A DNA stretch of 64,000 nucleotides, from assembly GCA_963723515.1 (NCBI GenBank), contig CAVRQT010000003.1, positions 160,001-224,000 on the forward strand, given 5' to 3'. The stretch is from Vulcanimicrobiota bacterium (GTDB lineage: Bacteria; Vulcanimicrobiota; Vulcanimicrobiia; Vulcanimicrobiales; Vulcanimicrobiaceae). This document shows positions 20,497 through 31,253 of this stretch, piece by piece; position 1 is the first letter of the stretch, and each line of letters starts with the position of its first letter. The notes beneath the pieces are model-generated. The model searched no databases and was not told where the DNA came from. It saw only the letters and a program-made list of their open reading frames with translations. A program made the position numbers and the translations under genes.

Positions 20497-21926
20497 TTTC
20501 GAACCCGTTTACCGCCCTCGATTGGGCGGCAATTTGGCCGTTGCTCTTCGTTGCGGCAACAGCGCTGGTCGTGCTCTTTTCCGACTTGGTCGTCCCGGTC
20601 ACGATCAAACGGCCCGTCGCGATTGCGATCAGTCTGATCGGGCTTCTCGTTGCGGCATATATCTGCGCGCGAAGCTACGGCCAAAGTTACAGCGCGTTCG
20701 GCGGCGGATTCATCGTCGGCGGCTTCGCGGTCGTCTTTCAAGAGGTGATCTTGCTGGCGGCGATCTTCTCGGTCGCGTTGTTTGCGGCGGTCGGCGAAAG
20801 TGAATATTTGGCGGGCTCACTGGCGCTGATGCTTTGGAGCGCGAGCGGCGCCATGTTGATGGCGGGCGCCGGCAACTTGATGACGATCTTTCTCGGCCTC
20901 GAGCTGCTCTCGCTCGCCCTCTATTGTCTCTGCGGCATGTCGAAGCGCCCGTCGGCGCGCGAGTCCGCGCTGAAATATTTGATTCTTTCGTCGACGGCGA
21001 CCGGCGTGATGCTCTACGGAATGGCCCTCTTCTTCGGAGGCAGCGGCAGCATCAATCTCTCCGCGCTCACATCGGCGCAGGTTGAAAGCAGTCCGCTTTT
21101 CATCATCGGCAGCGGTCTCTTTCTGATTGGATTAGCGTTTAAGTTGAGTCTCGTCCCGTTTCACGTATGGACGCCCGATGTCTACGAAGGCGCACCGCTT
21201 CCGGTTACGGCGTTCATGAGTGTTGCGACGAAAGCCGGGGCGTTAGCCGTCTTTGCGCGATTCGCGTACGCGGCAGTCGGAACGCCGCAGGCGCATGCCG
21301 TGCTCTATCCGATGTGGATCATCGCCGGCATCTCGATGCTCGTCGGCAATCTCGCGGCGCTCGCGCAAACCGACCTTAAGCGACTGCTGGCATACTCCGG
21401 CATCGCGCAAGTCGGCTACATCGTCGCGGCATTCGCGGGGTCGACGCAGCTCGGCTTGCGCTATGCAATTTTCTACCTTGTCGCGTATCTGTTCATGAAT
21501 TTGGGAGCGTTTGCGGTCATCGCGTTGCTCTCGAGCGAGAAAGAAGAAGGCGCGCGGATCGCCGCTTACCATGGCCTCGCCCATCGCCGCCCGCTCCTGG
21601 CCGCTGCGATGACGTTTTTCTTGCTCGCTTTAGCCGGCTTCCCGCCGACGGCCGGCTTCATCGGAAAAATATTGATTCTCTCGAGTCTGATCAGCGCGCG
21701 GTTCGCGTGGCTCGCCGGCGTACTGATCTTAGGCACTGCGATTTCGCTCTACGTGTATTTCAAAATCGTGCGTTTGATGTACGAACGGCAAGAGCCCAAA
21801 CTCGTCGTCGGCGTGAATTCGCGAGCGCCGCTGGCGTGGCTCAGCGTCGCGATCTGCGCAGTCGCGACGCTCGGCTTGACGCTCTATCCGCTCACGCCGA
21901 GTAACGTGCTCCCGCTGGTGAAGTAG
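20493..21926 (+). CDS. nuoN: NADH-quinone oxidoreductase subunit N
   Basis: ESALKY, FKLSLVPFHVWTPDVYEGAP, KRLLAYSGIAQ. Confidence 0.95.
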   Translation: MISNPFTALDWAAIWPLLFVAATALVVLFSDLVVPVTIKRPVAIAISLIGLLVAAYICARSYGQSYSAFGGGFIVGGFAVVFQEVILLAAIFSVALFAAVGESEYLAGSLALMLWSASGAMLMAGAGNLMTIFLGLELLSLALYCLCGMSKRPSARESALKYLILSSTATGVMLYGMALFFGGSGSINLSALTSAQVESSPLFIIGSGLFLIGLAFKLSLVPFHVWTPDVYEGAPLPVTAFMSVATKAGALAVFARFAYAAVGTPQAHAVLYPMWIIAGISMLVGNLAALAQTDLKRLLAYSGIAQVGYIVAAFAGSTQLGLRYAIFYLVAYLFMNLGAFAVIALLSSEKEEGARIAAYHGLAHRRPLLAAAMTFFLLALAGFPPTAGFIGKILILSSLISARFAWLAGVLILGTAISLYVYFKIVRLMYERQEPKLVVGVNSRAPLAWLSVAICAVATLGLTLYPLTPSNVLPLVK

Positions 21927-22383
21927 CGGCCGTAACGCGCGGTTCGTTTCGGACCGGAAAATTCACTGAATTCGCGATGAAGCAACCGGCGTGCGCCTGC
22001 TCGTGCAGCGCCTTGGCGCTCTCAACGTCGCCTGACACGACGCAGTTCGGATGCAGAATCACCTCAACGAATCTCATCTTGCCGTCGTGCGGCGCCATCG
22101 TGCCCGTGGCGTGGTCTTCGTACGAATGCACCCGGATATTATTGCGCACGCACAGCGCCAAGTACGTCAACATGTGACAGGCGCTGAGGGAGATCAGCAG
22201 CAAATCTTCAGGGTTGTGGACGGCCGGATCACCGCGGAACGCCGGATCCGACGAGCCGGTCAAGCGCGGCTTGCCGGGGATCTCTGCAGTGAACTCTCGC
22301 GAGTACGTTTGGTAATCGGTGGCCGGTCCCGCTTGCGCGCCCGTCCACCGCAGGTGGGTCTGGTAGGGATGCGACTTCATCAT
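21892..22383 (-). CDS. OsmC/Ohr family protein
   Basis: GSSDPAFRGD, NPEDLLLISLSACHMLTYL, AHAGCFIANSV. Confidence 0.88.
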   Translation of the reverse strand: MMKSHPYQTHLRWTGAQAGPATDYQTYSREFTAEIPGKPRLTGSSDPAFRGDPAVHNPEDLLLISLSACHMLTYLALCVRNNIRVHSYEDHATGTMAPHDGKMRFVEVILHPNCVVSGDVESAKALHEQAHAGCFIANSVNFPVRNEPRVTAATSPAGARYSA

Positions 22384-22475
22384 GGATGCTTGATTCGCTC
22401 TCCAAGGCGGTCACAGCTTGCGGGCGGCATGCGTGAAGAATATACTGACGAACTCTAATGAACTCGGGTACGGAC

Positions 22476-23649
22476 ATGAATAAGAAATTGCGTAGCCTCA
22501 TCGTAGCGTTCGCCTTGGCGTTTATTCCGGCGGTCGCAGTCGCCGCCGGGGTGACCAGCAACCCGGACGAATACACGCTTCCGTTCGATTCAAATCCGCA
22601 GGCGGTGATGCGTAGCGCCCGCGAACGCGTGGCGTCCGGCGACCTCGCCGGCGCGATCAAGCAGCTCGCAACGTACGTGAGCGCGCATCCGCGCGAAGCG
22701 GAACCCGCGCGGCTCTTGGGAGACCTCTACTACCGCGAGGGCAATTTCTCGTCGGCGGATCTCGTCTACCATAAGATCCTCGAGTTCTTCCCATACGATC
22801 GCGAGACGCACAATCGCTTAGGCGCCGTCTATGCGACGACGAATCGCGTTGACGATGCGATCAGCGAGTACAATAAGAGTCTGCCTGGCACGGACGCCGT
22901 GCCCGATTTGGTTTCGCTTCATGCGCGCAAGGGCGATTTGCCGGCTTACATTGCCGACGTGCAACGTGAAGCATCGCTCGGCCCGAGCGATCCCGATGCG
23001 CAGCACTCGTTGGGTTCGCTCTACCTTTCACTCCACGATTACGGGAACGCGCTGAAGTATTTCTTGCGTGAGCTGGACATCGTGCCGAATTCGTTGCCGG
23101 GGCTCAATCAAGCCGCGGTGACGTATATGGATCTTGGCGATTATGAGAAGGCGTTCACGCTGCTGCAATCGTTGTCTGCTCAAGGACGTGACGAGCTACG
23201 CCTGCACGGTAAACTTGGCCGCGGGAGATCTCGAAACGCGTAGTTACGACCAGGGCCGCTCGTTGCTCGATCGCGCGAAGTCGCTCGAACCGGAGCATCC
23301 GGAAATCCTCGTGAATTACGGCTACCTTCAGGATGCGCTCGGCGACTGGAAAGGCGCGGTGGCAGATTATGTGAAGGCGCTGGCGATCTCGCCCTATTCA
23401 CGCGATGCGTATTTGAATCTGGGCATCGATTACGAGCAGCATCATCTCTACGATCTGGCCGAATCGGTTTTGCTGAAGGGCTTGACGGTTGCGCCGCAAG
23501 ATGCGGCGCTGCATTACTGGCTGGGTCGTACGTACCAGGATCAGCACAAGGTCGATTTAGCGGTCAAGCAATTCCAGGCGGCTGCACAAACGAGTGACGC
23601 GCAAGTTGCAAACCTCGCGAAAATGAGGATGGCGCAACTCAGCCACTAG
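22476..23649 (+). CDS. Exported tetratricopeptide-repeat protein (frameshift near 23165)
   Basis: Signal peptide followed by multiple TPRs (e.g. THNRLGAVY, AYLNLGIDY, LHYWLGRTY). Confidence 0.85.
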
Positions 23650-24025
23650 ACGGACGTATCGCCACCGCGTCGATTTCGACTTTTGCGCCCAGCGGCAACG
23701 ACGCGACTCCGACCGTCGAACGCGCCGGTTTTGATTCTGCAAACGCATTGACGTACGCAGCGTTGACCGCCGGAAAATCGTTCATGTCGACGAGGTAGAT
23801 CGTCGTCTTGACGACGTCGGCGTAAGAAAGACCGCCCGCCTTGAGCACCTCGCCCAGATTGCGCAATACTTGCTCGGTTTGCGCGCTGGCATCGCCGTCG
23901 AGCAACTTCCCGGTTTCCGGAACGATCGCGATTGCGCCGCTGCAGAAAACGACATCGCCGCAGTCGATGGCTTGACTATAGGGACCGATCGGCTGTGGCG
24001 CGTGCGGTGTAAAGAGCGCCTTCAA
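23639..24025 (-). CDS. RidA/YjgF family imine deaminase
   Basis: APQPIGPYSQA, PARSTVGVASLPLGAKVEIDAVA. Confidence 0.92.
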   Translation of the reverse strand: MKALFTPHAPQPIGPYSQAIDCGDVVFCSGAIAIVPETGKLLDGDASAQTEQVLRNLGEVLKAGGLSYADVVKTTIYLVDMNDFPAVNAAYVNAFAESKPARSTVGVASLPLGAKVEIDAVAIRPSSG

Positions 24026-24046
24026 TGTGGCGCTGCAGCCTTGTCG

Positions 24047-25093
24047 CTATCGGCAACTGTCACCCTGAGCTGCATCGAAGGGCGACATGGTGCCTTTGTA
24101 CTTCATCGGCGTCTCTTCCATGCCGAAGTTATCTGCGTACAGTGACGAGATTCGCTCCAATTCGTCTCGTGTGAGCGGCGCAGTATCGGGCGCCTTGGCA
24201 AATTCGGTCAATTGTTCTTCATCGTAGATGTTCGGCAAGACCGTCATGATGCGCGGTTCCGCGAGCAGCCATTGAATTGCGGCTTGCCCGAGCGTGCGCT
24301 CGGGCGTCTCGAGAAAGCGCAGCTGTTCGATTTTCTCGATGCCGTTCAAGAGCCAGGAGCGCGGCCGATGGCGGCGGTGGTCGCCGGCCGGGAACGTCGT
24401 CTCGGCAGTGTATTTGCCCTCCAGCATCCCGCTTGAGTGCGGAACGCGCACCATATAACCGGTATTCGCTTGCGCTTCGTAGGCCGCGCGCAGCATCTCA
24501 TTGCCGGGATACTGCTCGAGAATGTTCCAGATCATCTGAATGCTTGTCACGTTGCGTGTCCGCGCCGCTTCGATCCCTTCGACGAGCCACCCGATGGCAG
24601 GGCCGAGCGCAACGCCGTAATAGCGAATCTTGCCTTCCGCTTTAAACGATTCGAGTAGCGCGAAGAGCTCATCGCTCTGGATCTGATCGAGATGCGCGTT
24701 GTGGATCTGGTAGAGATCGATCGTGTCGGTTTGTAAACGGCGCAGCGACTGCTCGAGGGCGAAGCGCACGAACTTCGGTGAGAAGTCGGCCGGAATCTCT
24801 TGCTGGCCTTTGCGCTCGCCGGCGTAGTTGTAGAAATCGTAGCCGAACTTCGTCGCGTAGACAACGCGCTCACGGCGACCGGCAAAAGCTTTCGCTAGTT
24901 GTTGCTCGCTGCGGCCGTTGCCGTATGTATCGGCCGCGTCGAAGAGCGTGATGCCGAGATCGAACGCTTTTTGCAGCAACTCAATGGCCTGGTCATCCGT
25001 CTTGTCGCCCCACCAGCCCGTTGAGGTGGTCCACAGACCGAAGCCGACCTCGCTGACGAGCAGATCCGTCTTGGGATACGGGCGATATTTCAT
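24047..25093 (-). CDS. Aldo/keto reductase
   Basis: GITLFDAADTYGNGRSE, ATKFG, SLRRLQTDTIDLYQIH. Confidence 0.92.
   Translation of the reverse strand: MKYRPYPKTDLLVSEVGFGLWTTSTGWWGDKTDDQAIELLQKAFDLGITLFDAADTYGNGRSEQQLAKAFAGRRERVVYATKFGYDFYNYAGERKGQQEIPADFSPKFVRFALEQSLRRLQTDTIDLYQIHNAHLDQIQSDELFALLESFKAEGKIRYYGVALGPAIGWLVEGIEAARTRNVTSIQMIWNILEQYPGNEMLRAAYEAQANTGYMVRVPHSSGMLEGKYTAETTFPAGDHRRHRPRSWLLNGIEKIEQLRFLETPERTLGQAAIQWLLAEPRIMTVLPNIYDEEQLTEFAKAPDTAPLTRDELERISSLYADNFGMEETPMKYKGTMSPFDAAQGDSCR
24057..24084 (-). repeat. Palindromic micro-element forming the C-terminal codons of the aldo/keto reductase
   Basis: Minus strand CGCCCTTCGATGCAGCTCAGGGTGACAG. Confidence 0.8.
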
Positions 25094-25165
25094 GGCCGAG
25101 CCCCTTCGACGAAGCGCCGCACCTCTCCAGGTTCACCAACCATCCGTGCGAAGTGGAGCAGCACA

Positions 25166-26566
25166 TTGGACGATTTTACGCAGCAAAGCCGCCGCACGCT
25201 CGAGTGGATCAGCGAATATCTCGATGATAATCGCGCGTACGCCGTGCTCTCGCGCGTCAAGCCGGGCGAAATTACCGCGGCGCTTCCCGCGCAAGCGCCG
25301 GAAGAAGCGGAACCGTTCGAACGCATCTTCGCAGATTTCGAACGGATCATCATGCCCGGCATCACGCACTGGAATCACCCGCGATTCTTCGCGTACTTTG
25401 CCATTAGCGCCGCGCCGATCGCGATTCTCGCCGAAGCGCTCAGCGCGACGCTCGACGTCAATGCCATGCTGTGGCGTACGTCGCCGTCCGCCACGGAACT
25501 TGAAGAAGTTGTCCTGCGCTGGCTGCGCGAGTTGCTCGGTTTGCCCGAAACGTTTTCAGGGATTGTCTACGATACGGCGTCGATCGGTGGATTCACGGCG
25601 CTCGCTGGAGCCCGCGAGGCGCTCGGGCTAGGGATTCGCGAACGCGGCATGGCGGCCCGTAATTTGCCGCCATTGCGCGTGTACATCACCGAGCAAACGC
25701 ACTCACACATCGAAAAGGCGGCGCTTACGCTTGGCGTCGGTCGTGATGGTGTCGTTTCCATTCCCACCGACGAGCGATTCCGCATGCGGCCTGACGCGCT
25801 GCGCAAGCAACTGGCGAGCGATATCAAAGCCGGCATGAAGCCGATGTGCATCGTCGCAACCGTTGGAACCACATCGACGACATCGATCGATCCCCTGCCG
25901 CAAATAGCGGCCGTGGCGCGCGACTATCGATGTTGGCTTCACGTTGATGCGGCGTATGCCGGCGCTGCAGCGATGCTTCCAGAATGCCGCGCTCTTTTTG
26001 AAGGCATTGAATTCGCCGATTCGATCGTCGTCAATCCGCACAAGTGGCTCTTCGTACCGATCGATTTTTCGGCGCTCTACGTTCGTAAGCCGGAAATTCT
26101 CCGAAGAGCCTTCAGCTTGGTGCCGGATTACCTGGCAACGACCGAGGGCGAAGTTCATAATTACATGGATTACGGCTTGCAGCTCGGGCGCCGCTTTCGC
26201 GCGCTAAAACTGTGGTTCGTCTTACGCTATTACGGCGCCCAGAAAATCCGTGAAATGCTGCGCGCCCACATCGCGCTAGCGCAAGAGTTCGCACGGTGGG
26301 TTGAAGCGCAGCCGCATTGGGAGATCATGGCGCCGCATCCCTTTTCGGTCGTCTGCTTTCGCCACGTCCCGCCGTCGCTTAACGACGCGCTTATCGATGC
26401 GCACAACGAGCGCATTCTTGAAGCCGTCAATGCAACCGGCGAAGCCTATCTCTCCTCGACGCGTTTAAACGGCCGGCTCGTCCTGCGGCTGGCGATCGGA
26501 AATTATCGGACGACGCGCGAGGATGTTTTGGCGGCTTGGGCGTTGTTGCGCGACGCGGCTTCGTAG
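25166..26566 (+). CDS. PLP-dependent aromatic-L-amino-acid decarboxylase (group II)
   Basis: PGITHWNHPRFFAYF, LHVDAAYAG, NPHKW (PLP lysine), LGRRFRALKLW. Confidence 0.9.
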   Translation: MDDFTQQSRRTLEWISEYLDDNRAYAVLSRVKPGEITAALPAQAPEEAEPFERIFADFERIIMPGITHWNHPRFFAYFAISAAPIAILAEALSATLDVNAMLWRTSPSATELEEVVLRWLRELLGLPETFSGIVYDTASIGGFTALAGAREALGLGIRERGMAARNLPPLRVYITEQTHSHIEKAALTLGVGRDGVVSIPTDERFRMRPDALRKQLASDIKAGMKPMCIVATVGTTSTTSIDPLPQIAAVARDYRCWLHVDAAYAGAAAMLPECRALFEGIEFADSIVVNPHKWLFVPIDFSALYVRKPEILRRAFSLVPDYLATTEGEVHNYMDYGLQLGRRFRALKLWFVLRYYGAQKIREMLRAHIALAQEFARWVEAQPHWEIMAPHPFSVVCFRHVPPSLNDALIDAHNERILEAVNATGEAYLSSTRLNGRLVLRLAIGNYRTTREDVLAAWALLRDAAS

Positions 26567-27438
26567 ACGATCCGTGCCGCCGCCAGATCTTCGACCGCCT
26601 GCCCGAGCGATTTGAAGACCGTCGTATCGGTTCGCGGTACGGTTTTGGTTCCAGCGAACATTTCGCCGATTTCCGCGGCGATCGTCGCCTTCGATTGAAT
26701 CACGTCGCCGGATTCTTTGAGGGCGGCTTCTCGCGAATCAACGACAAGCGTGTTGCGCATGACGTCATCGTCGAGCTCGCGCCAGGTCGGACGGTTGGCG
26801 CCGACGGAATTCACATGCGCGCCGGGCTTCAGCCACGCGCCTTTAAGAACCGGCTCCTGTGCATTCGTTGCGGTGACGATCACATCGGCATCACGGACCG
26901 CCGCTTCAGCGTCCATCGCTCTGGCATGATTTTCGGCCGCGAATCGCTCGGCGTGCTCTGGCGTCCGGCTCCAAACGCGCACGTCCTCAAATGGATGAAT
27001 CGATGTAAGCGCTTCCAGATGCGCCTTCGCTTGCACGCCGCTGCCCAGAAGCGCCAGCACGCGACTTTGCGATGGCATGAGACGCTTCGTAACCGCTGCA
27101 GAAACGGCGGCGGTGCGCATCTCCGTGATCAGGCGGCCGTCCATGACGGCAACCGGCTCTCCCGTGTCAGCGCGAAAGAGCACGACCACGCCCAGATGCG
27201 TATGCAAGCCGCGGCCTTCATTGCGCGGATAGTAATTGATGATTTTGACGCTCGCAAAATCATCCAGGACGGCAGGCATCAGCCCTAAATATCGCTGCTT
27301 CTCTTCAATCGTCAGAACGTTGCGTACCGGCTGCAACACGCGACCGGCTGAAAGTTTCGCCAGCGCGTCTTCCATCGCCGGAATCAACTCGTCCCAGTGC
27401 AGCAAACCGCGCACGGCGTCTTCGTCGAGAAAGATCAT
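26503..27438 (-). CDS. Ornithine cyclodeaminase/mu-crystallin family protein
   Basis: ITEMRTAAVS, GSGVQA, FKSLGQAVEDLAAA. Confidence 0.9.
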   Translation of the reverse strand: MIFLDEDAVRGLLHWDELIPAMEDALAKLSAGRVLQPVRNVLTIEEKQRYLGLMPAVLDDFASVKIINYYPRNEGRGLHTHLGVVVLFRADTGEPVAVMDGRLITEMRTAAVSAAVTKRLMPSQSRVLALLGSGVQAKAHLEALTSIHPFEDVRVWSRTPEHAERFAAENHARAMDAEAAVRDADVIVTATNAQEPVLKGAWLKPGAHVNSVGANRPTWRELDDDVMRNTLVVDSREAALKESGDVIQSKATIAAEIGEMFAGTKTVPRTDTTVFKSLGQAVEDLAAARIVYEAASRNNAQAAKTSSRVVR

Positions 27439-27453
27439 GAGGTAATTCTTGTC

Positions 27454-28752
27454 TTAGTACAGGCGGAGATACGCCTGATGTTCCCAGGGGTGCACCGCAC
27501 GACGGTAGCGGTCGTACTCCGCGAGCTTCGCATCGCGAAACGCATGGTAAATGTGATCGCCCAATGCGTTGTGGATCACTTCGTCTGCATCCAGCGCTTC
27601 GATCGCTTGGCGTAGGGAAGTCGGCAACGGTTGAATGCCGCGCTCGCGGCGTTCGCGTTCGCTAAGATCGTAACTCGACCCGACAAGCGGATCGCCGGGC
27701 AACGTTTCATGCGTCGCGCCATCGCTCGCCGCGCCGAGAAGAACGGCGAGCTCGAGGTAGGGATTGCCGGCCGCATCCGGGCTGCGCATCTCGATACGCG
27801 CTTGTGATTGCGCCGGCGGAACGCGAACGAGTGCATCGGCGCTGCGGTGCGACCATGCCGTATAGATCGGTGCATCCCACGCTGCAACGAGCCGTTTGTA
27901 CGAATTGACCGTCGAGTTGCAAACCGCCGTTACGGCCGGCGCGTGCGCCAGCAAGCCGCCCACAAAATACAGTTGGGCGCCGTCGTCCGCGTTGCCGAGG
28001 CGAAAATCAACGTGCAATCCGCTGCCCGCTTGATTCTCGATCGGCTTCGGCATGAACGTCGCATCGAGTCCGTAACGCGTGGCAACTTGCTTCGTCACGT
28101 TACGAATCGTCAAGAGATGGTCCGCCGCTCGCAACGGATCCCCGTGCGGCAGGTCAACTTCATGCTGACCGTTGCCGTGCTCGTGGTGTGACGCCGCCAC
28201 TGGGACGCCCATCGTCTGCAATGCGTCGACGATCGCGCTGCGCGCCTCTTCGCCGCGGTCGTTCGGCGAAAAATCGAAGTACGAACCGACGTCCGGGCTG
28301 CGCGTCGATGCGGCTTCGAAGAGGTAGAATTCAACCTCCAGCCCGACTTGCAATCCTGGATAGTGTGCCTGCGTCGTTTCGACGACGCGGCGCAGCGTCG
28401 TTCGCGGACAGCCTTCAAACGGTGTGCCGTCGGTGGCCGCGACGTCGCAAATCATGCGTGCTTCAACGCCGTTTGCTGCGCTCCACGGATAGACGGCGAA
28501 CGTTGCCGGGTCCGGCAAGAGCGCCATGTCGAGCTCCTCGCCGCGCACGAAGCCGTCGATCGAGCCGCCGTCAAAGGTAACTTCGCCCGCGAGCGCGCGC
28601 TCCAGCTCGCCGACCGGAATCGAAACGTTCTTGCTTGCGCCCAAGATGTCGGTGAAGACAAGGCGCACAAAACGCACGTTCTGCTCCTTTGCGGAGCGCA
28701 AGAGATCGCGCTTGTTCGAAACGCGCTTCGAACCGTTACTTGTTGAGTGCAT
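27454..28752 (-). CDS. Glutamine synthetase-like (gamma-glutamyl ligase family) protein, divergent active site
   Basis: FDGGSIDG, GLEVEFYL, HHEHGNGQHE, FMPKP, NSYKRL, RIEMRSPD. Confidence 0.85.
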   Translation of the reverse strand: MHSTSNGSKRVSNKRDLLRSAKEQNVRFVRLVFTDILGASKNVSIPVGELERALAGEVTFDGGSIDGFVRGEELDMALLPDPATFAVYPWSAANGVEARMICDVAATDGTPFEGCPRTTLRRVVETTQAHYPGLQVGLEVEFYLFEAASTRSPDVGSYFDFSPNDRGEEARSAIVDALQTMGVPVAASHHEHGNGQHEVDLPHGDPLRAADHLLTIRNVTKQVATRYGLDATFMPKPIENQAGSGLHVDFRLGNADDGAQLYFVGGLLAHAPAVTAVCNSTVNSYKRLVAAWDAPIYTAWSHRSADALVRVPPAQSQARIEMRSPDAAGNPYLELAVLLGAASDGATHETLPGDPLVGSSYDLSERERRERGIQPLPTSLRQAIEALDADEVIHNALGDHIYHAFRDAKLAEYDRYRRAVHPWEHQAYLRLY

Positions 28753-29956
28753 CGATTGCCAAAGCGGTGCGTAAGGTCAACTGATCGTGCGGACTTTCGA
28801 GCTTGCAGCCGCAGATTTCTGAAATCTGCCGCAAGCGATAGAAGACGGTGTGACGGTGGACCGAGAGATGTTCGGCGGCCGTCTTGACGTTCTCCCCAAC
28901 GGAAAAATACAACGCGAGCGTGCGCTCGAGTTCGGTTTGATGCTTTTCGTCGTATGCACGAAGCGGCGCGAGTGTGCGCTCCGCGAACTGCCGCAGCGAC
29001 TGCGTCGTGCCACCTTCCAGCAGCAGCGGATAGATTCCAAGGTCATCGTATGCGCAGACATTCCCGCTGCCCAAAATCCTCCTTCCAATCACCAGCGCAT
29101 TCGTCGCTTGTTCGGCCGAGCGCGCGGCGGAAAGCAGCGGCAACCTTTCGCCGACGCCGCCGGAAAACGTCAATCCGCTATGCTTGCGCGCAGCGTTGCG
29201 CGGCAGAAGCGATGCCGCGGTCCGAATGTTTGCAACGTCGACTTCACGCTCCGCCGGAATGAGGAGCAAGAGTGTCGCGGCTCGTTCGAGGACGCCGACG
29301 TCTTTGTCTGCATGAAACGCATCGAGCGCCGCGGCACGCACAGTTGAAATCTCCGCTGCCGCCGTCGCTTCATCCGAAACCTCGGTCTCCAGCGCCAGCG
29401 CGACATACTGGTCGGCAAGCGCAATTCCACGCGCCGTAGCCTCGTCTTTGGCGGCAATGGAATCGTGGTAGCCATGCGCGAGCAGACGATCCCAAAACGT
29501 TCGCTTGCGACTGCGTCCGCCGCCGCGTTCGCGCGCCAGCTCGACGCCGATCGCGCTAGCCGTCAAGCGAATCGCCGGTTCGGCCGTACTGGATAATGTC
29601 GCGCCGAAAACGGCAAGCCAGCCGAGATGCGTCTCACCGGCAAAGATGGGCAGCGCCGCGCCTGAGGCGCCGTTGCGCAAGGCATACAGTTTGCGCGAGG
29701 CCGCTGCAGTATCTTCAAGCAAATCGCGCACGGAAGGCGGCGCACTTGAAACCGATCCGGCGGTCGCGAGATGCCGCCATTCGACGTCCTCGACGAGAAC
29801 CGTGACGCCGAGCTGCTGCGCAAGATAGCCGGCGAATGCCTTCGGGCCGCCACCGCCGGCGGCAATGCGCGAAAGCGCCTCGGCAAACGCAACGACCTGC
29901 TCGGGCGTCATAGCCGAGATTTCGGCGAGCGGTGCTGCGGCACTCCTCACCTTCAT
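28736..29956 (-). CDS. PucR/CdaR family transcriptional regulator
   Basis: C-terminal HTH TAAEHLSVHRHTVFYRLRQI; start ATG overlaps the Nramp stop. Confidence 0.88.
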   Translation of the reverse strand: MKVRSAAAPLAEISAMTPEQVVAFAEALSRIAAGGGGPKAFAGYLAQQLGVTVLVEDVEWRHLATAGSVSSAPPSVRDLLEDTAAASRKLYALRNGASGAALPIFAGETHLGWLAVFGATLSSTAEPAIRLTASAIGVELARERGGGRSRKRTFWDRLLAHGYHDSIAAKDEATARGIALADQYVALALETEVSDEATAAAEISTVRAAALDAFHADKDVGVLERAATLLLLIPAEREVDVANIRTAASLLPRNAARKHSGLTFSGGVGERLPLLSAARSAEQATNALVIGRRILGSGNVCAYDDLGIYPLLLEGGTTQSLRQFAERTLAPLRAYDEKHQTELERTLALYFSVGENVKTAAEHLSVHRHTVFYRLRQISEICGCKLESPHDQLTLRTALAIDALNK

Positions 29957-31248
29957 CAGGCGCTGGGGAAGAGCGTCTGATACAGAGAGAGCAACGTCAG
30001 TGCGCTTACGATGATGGCGGTCGCCCACGCGATCCCGTTGAACACCGGCCCGTTGCGATACTTGCCCATGAGCGACCGCTTGTTGATCAAGAGCAGCATG
30101 AAGACAAGGATGAACGGTAAGAGCACGCCGCTGACGATCTGCGAAAACGTGATCAGCGCGAGCAGCGAATGGTGCGGAATCGCTAAGACAAGCGCGGCGC
30201 CGACGATCAGGCTCGCTGCGTAGATCGTGAAAAACACCGGTGCCTCCCGAAACCGCTTGTCCACGCCGTGCTCGAAGCCGCCGGCTTCACAGACAAAGTA
30301 GGCCGTTGAAAGCGGCAGGACCGAGGCGGTAAAGACGCCCGCGTTGAGCAGACCGAAGGCGAAGAGGTAGACGGCGAAGGCGCCCGCGATTGGTTCCAGC
30401 GCTTTCGCCAAGTCGGCGGTTTCATTGACGACGTATTGGTGCGCCGGATGCGACGCATTGAAGATGAAGATCGTCGCTGCGGTGGCCATGATCATGAAGA
30501 ACGACATGAAGTCGGTGACGAAGCAGCCGAAGATGACGTCGATCTTCGAGAGCGCGTAATCGCGAATGCGAATGCCCTTGTCCACGATCGATGCTTGAAT
30601 GTAGAACTGCATCCAAGGCGTGATCGTCGTTCCGATCAACGCAATGATCATCCAAAGGTACGCGGTGTTGTGGCTGAACGTCGGTATGAAAAAGCCCTTC
30701 CAAACGTCGTGCCAATGCGGTGCGGCGCGAAAACCGGAAACGACATACGTCAAATAGAGCGCTGATAGGGCGAGGAAAACTCGCTCGACGGTGCCGCGGC
30801 TCGTTCGCAGCACCAAGAAGAAGACGAGGATCGCAACGACGGGCACGGCGATCACCGGCAAAATGTGAAAGATCCCGGCGGCAACCGCGACGCCCGCAAA
30901 TTCGGCTGATGTCGTGAGGCTGTTCGCGATGACGAGGCACAGCATCACGAAAAAGGTCCACCGAACGCCGAAGTTCTCGCGGATCAAACCCGCGAGCCCT
31001 TTGCCCGTAACCGCGCCCATGCGCGCGCCCATCTCTTGAATGACGATCAGCGCGATCGTGATCGGAATAAGCGTCCAGAGAATCGAGTAGCCGAATTGCG
31101 CACCGGCCTGCGAGTAGACGGTGATGCCGCCGACATCGTTGTCGGCGCTTGCGGTGATGATGCCTGGTCCAAGCACCGCTAAGAACAGAGCGACCTTGGC
31201 GCCCCACCCGAATTTACGTCGCGCCGCTTGCCTCGTGGTCGCTTCCAT
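29956..31248 (-). CDS. Nramp-family divalent metal transporter (NRMT/Mg-type subgroup)
   Basis: GPGIITASADNDVGGITVYSQAGAQFG, IGTTITPWMQFY. Confidence 0.88.
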   Translation of the reverse strand: MEATTRQAARRKFGWGAKVALFLAVLGPGIITASADNDVGGITVYSQAGAQFGYSILWTLIPITIALIVIQEMGARMGAVTGKGLAGLIRENFGVRWTFFVMLCLVIANSLTTSAEFAGVAVAAGIFHILPVIAVPVVAILVFFLVLRTSRGTVERVFLALSALYLTYVVSGFRAAPHWHDVWKGFFIPTFSHNTAYLWMIIALIGTTITPWMQFYIQASIVDKGIRIRDYALSKIDVIFGCFVTDFMSFFMIMATAATIFIFNASHPAHQYVVNETADLAKALEPIAGAFAVYLFAFGLLNAGVFTASVLPLSTAYFVCEAGGFEHGVDKRFREAPVFFTIYAASLIVGAALVLAIPHHSLLALITFSQIVSGVLLPFILVFMLLLINKRSLMGKYRNGPVFNGIAWATAIIVSALTLLSLYQTLFPSA

Positions 31249-31253
31249 GGTCC

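Noticed and set aside
25101..25120. CCCCTTCGACGAAG as another micro-element copy
   Set aside because: No downstream CTCAG half-site; better explained by the putative promoter motif on the minus strand.
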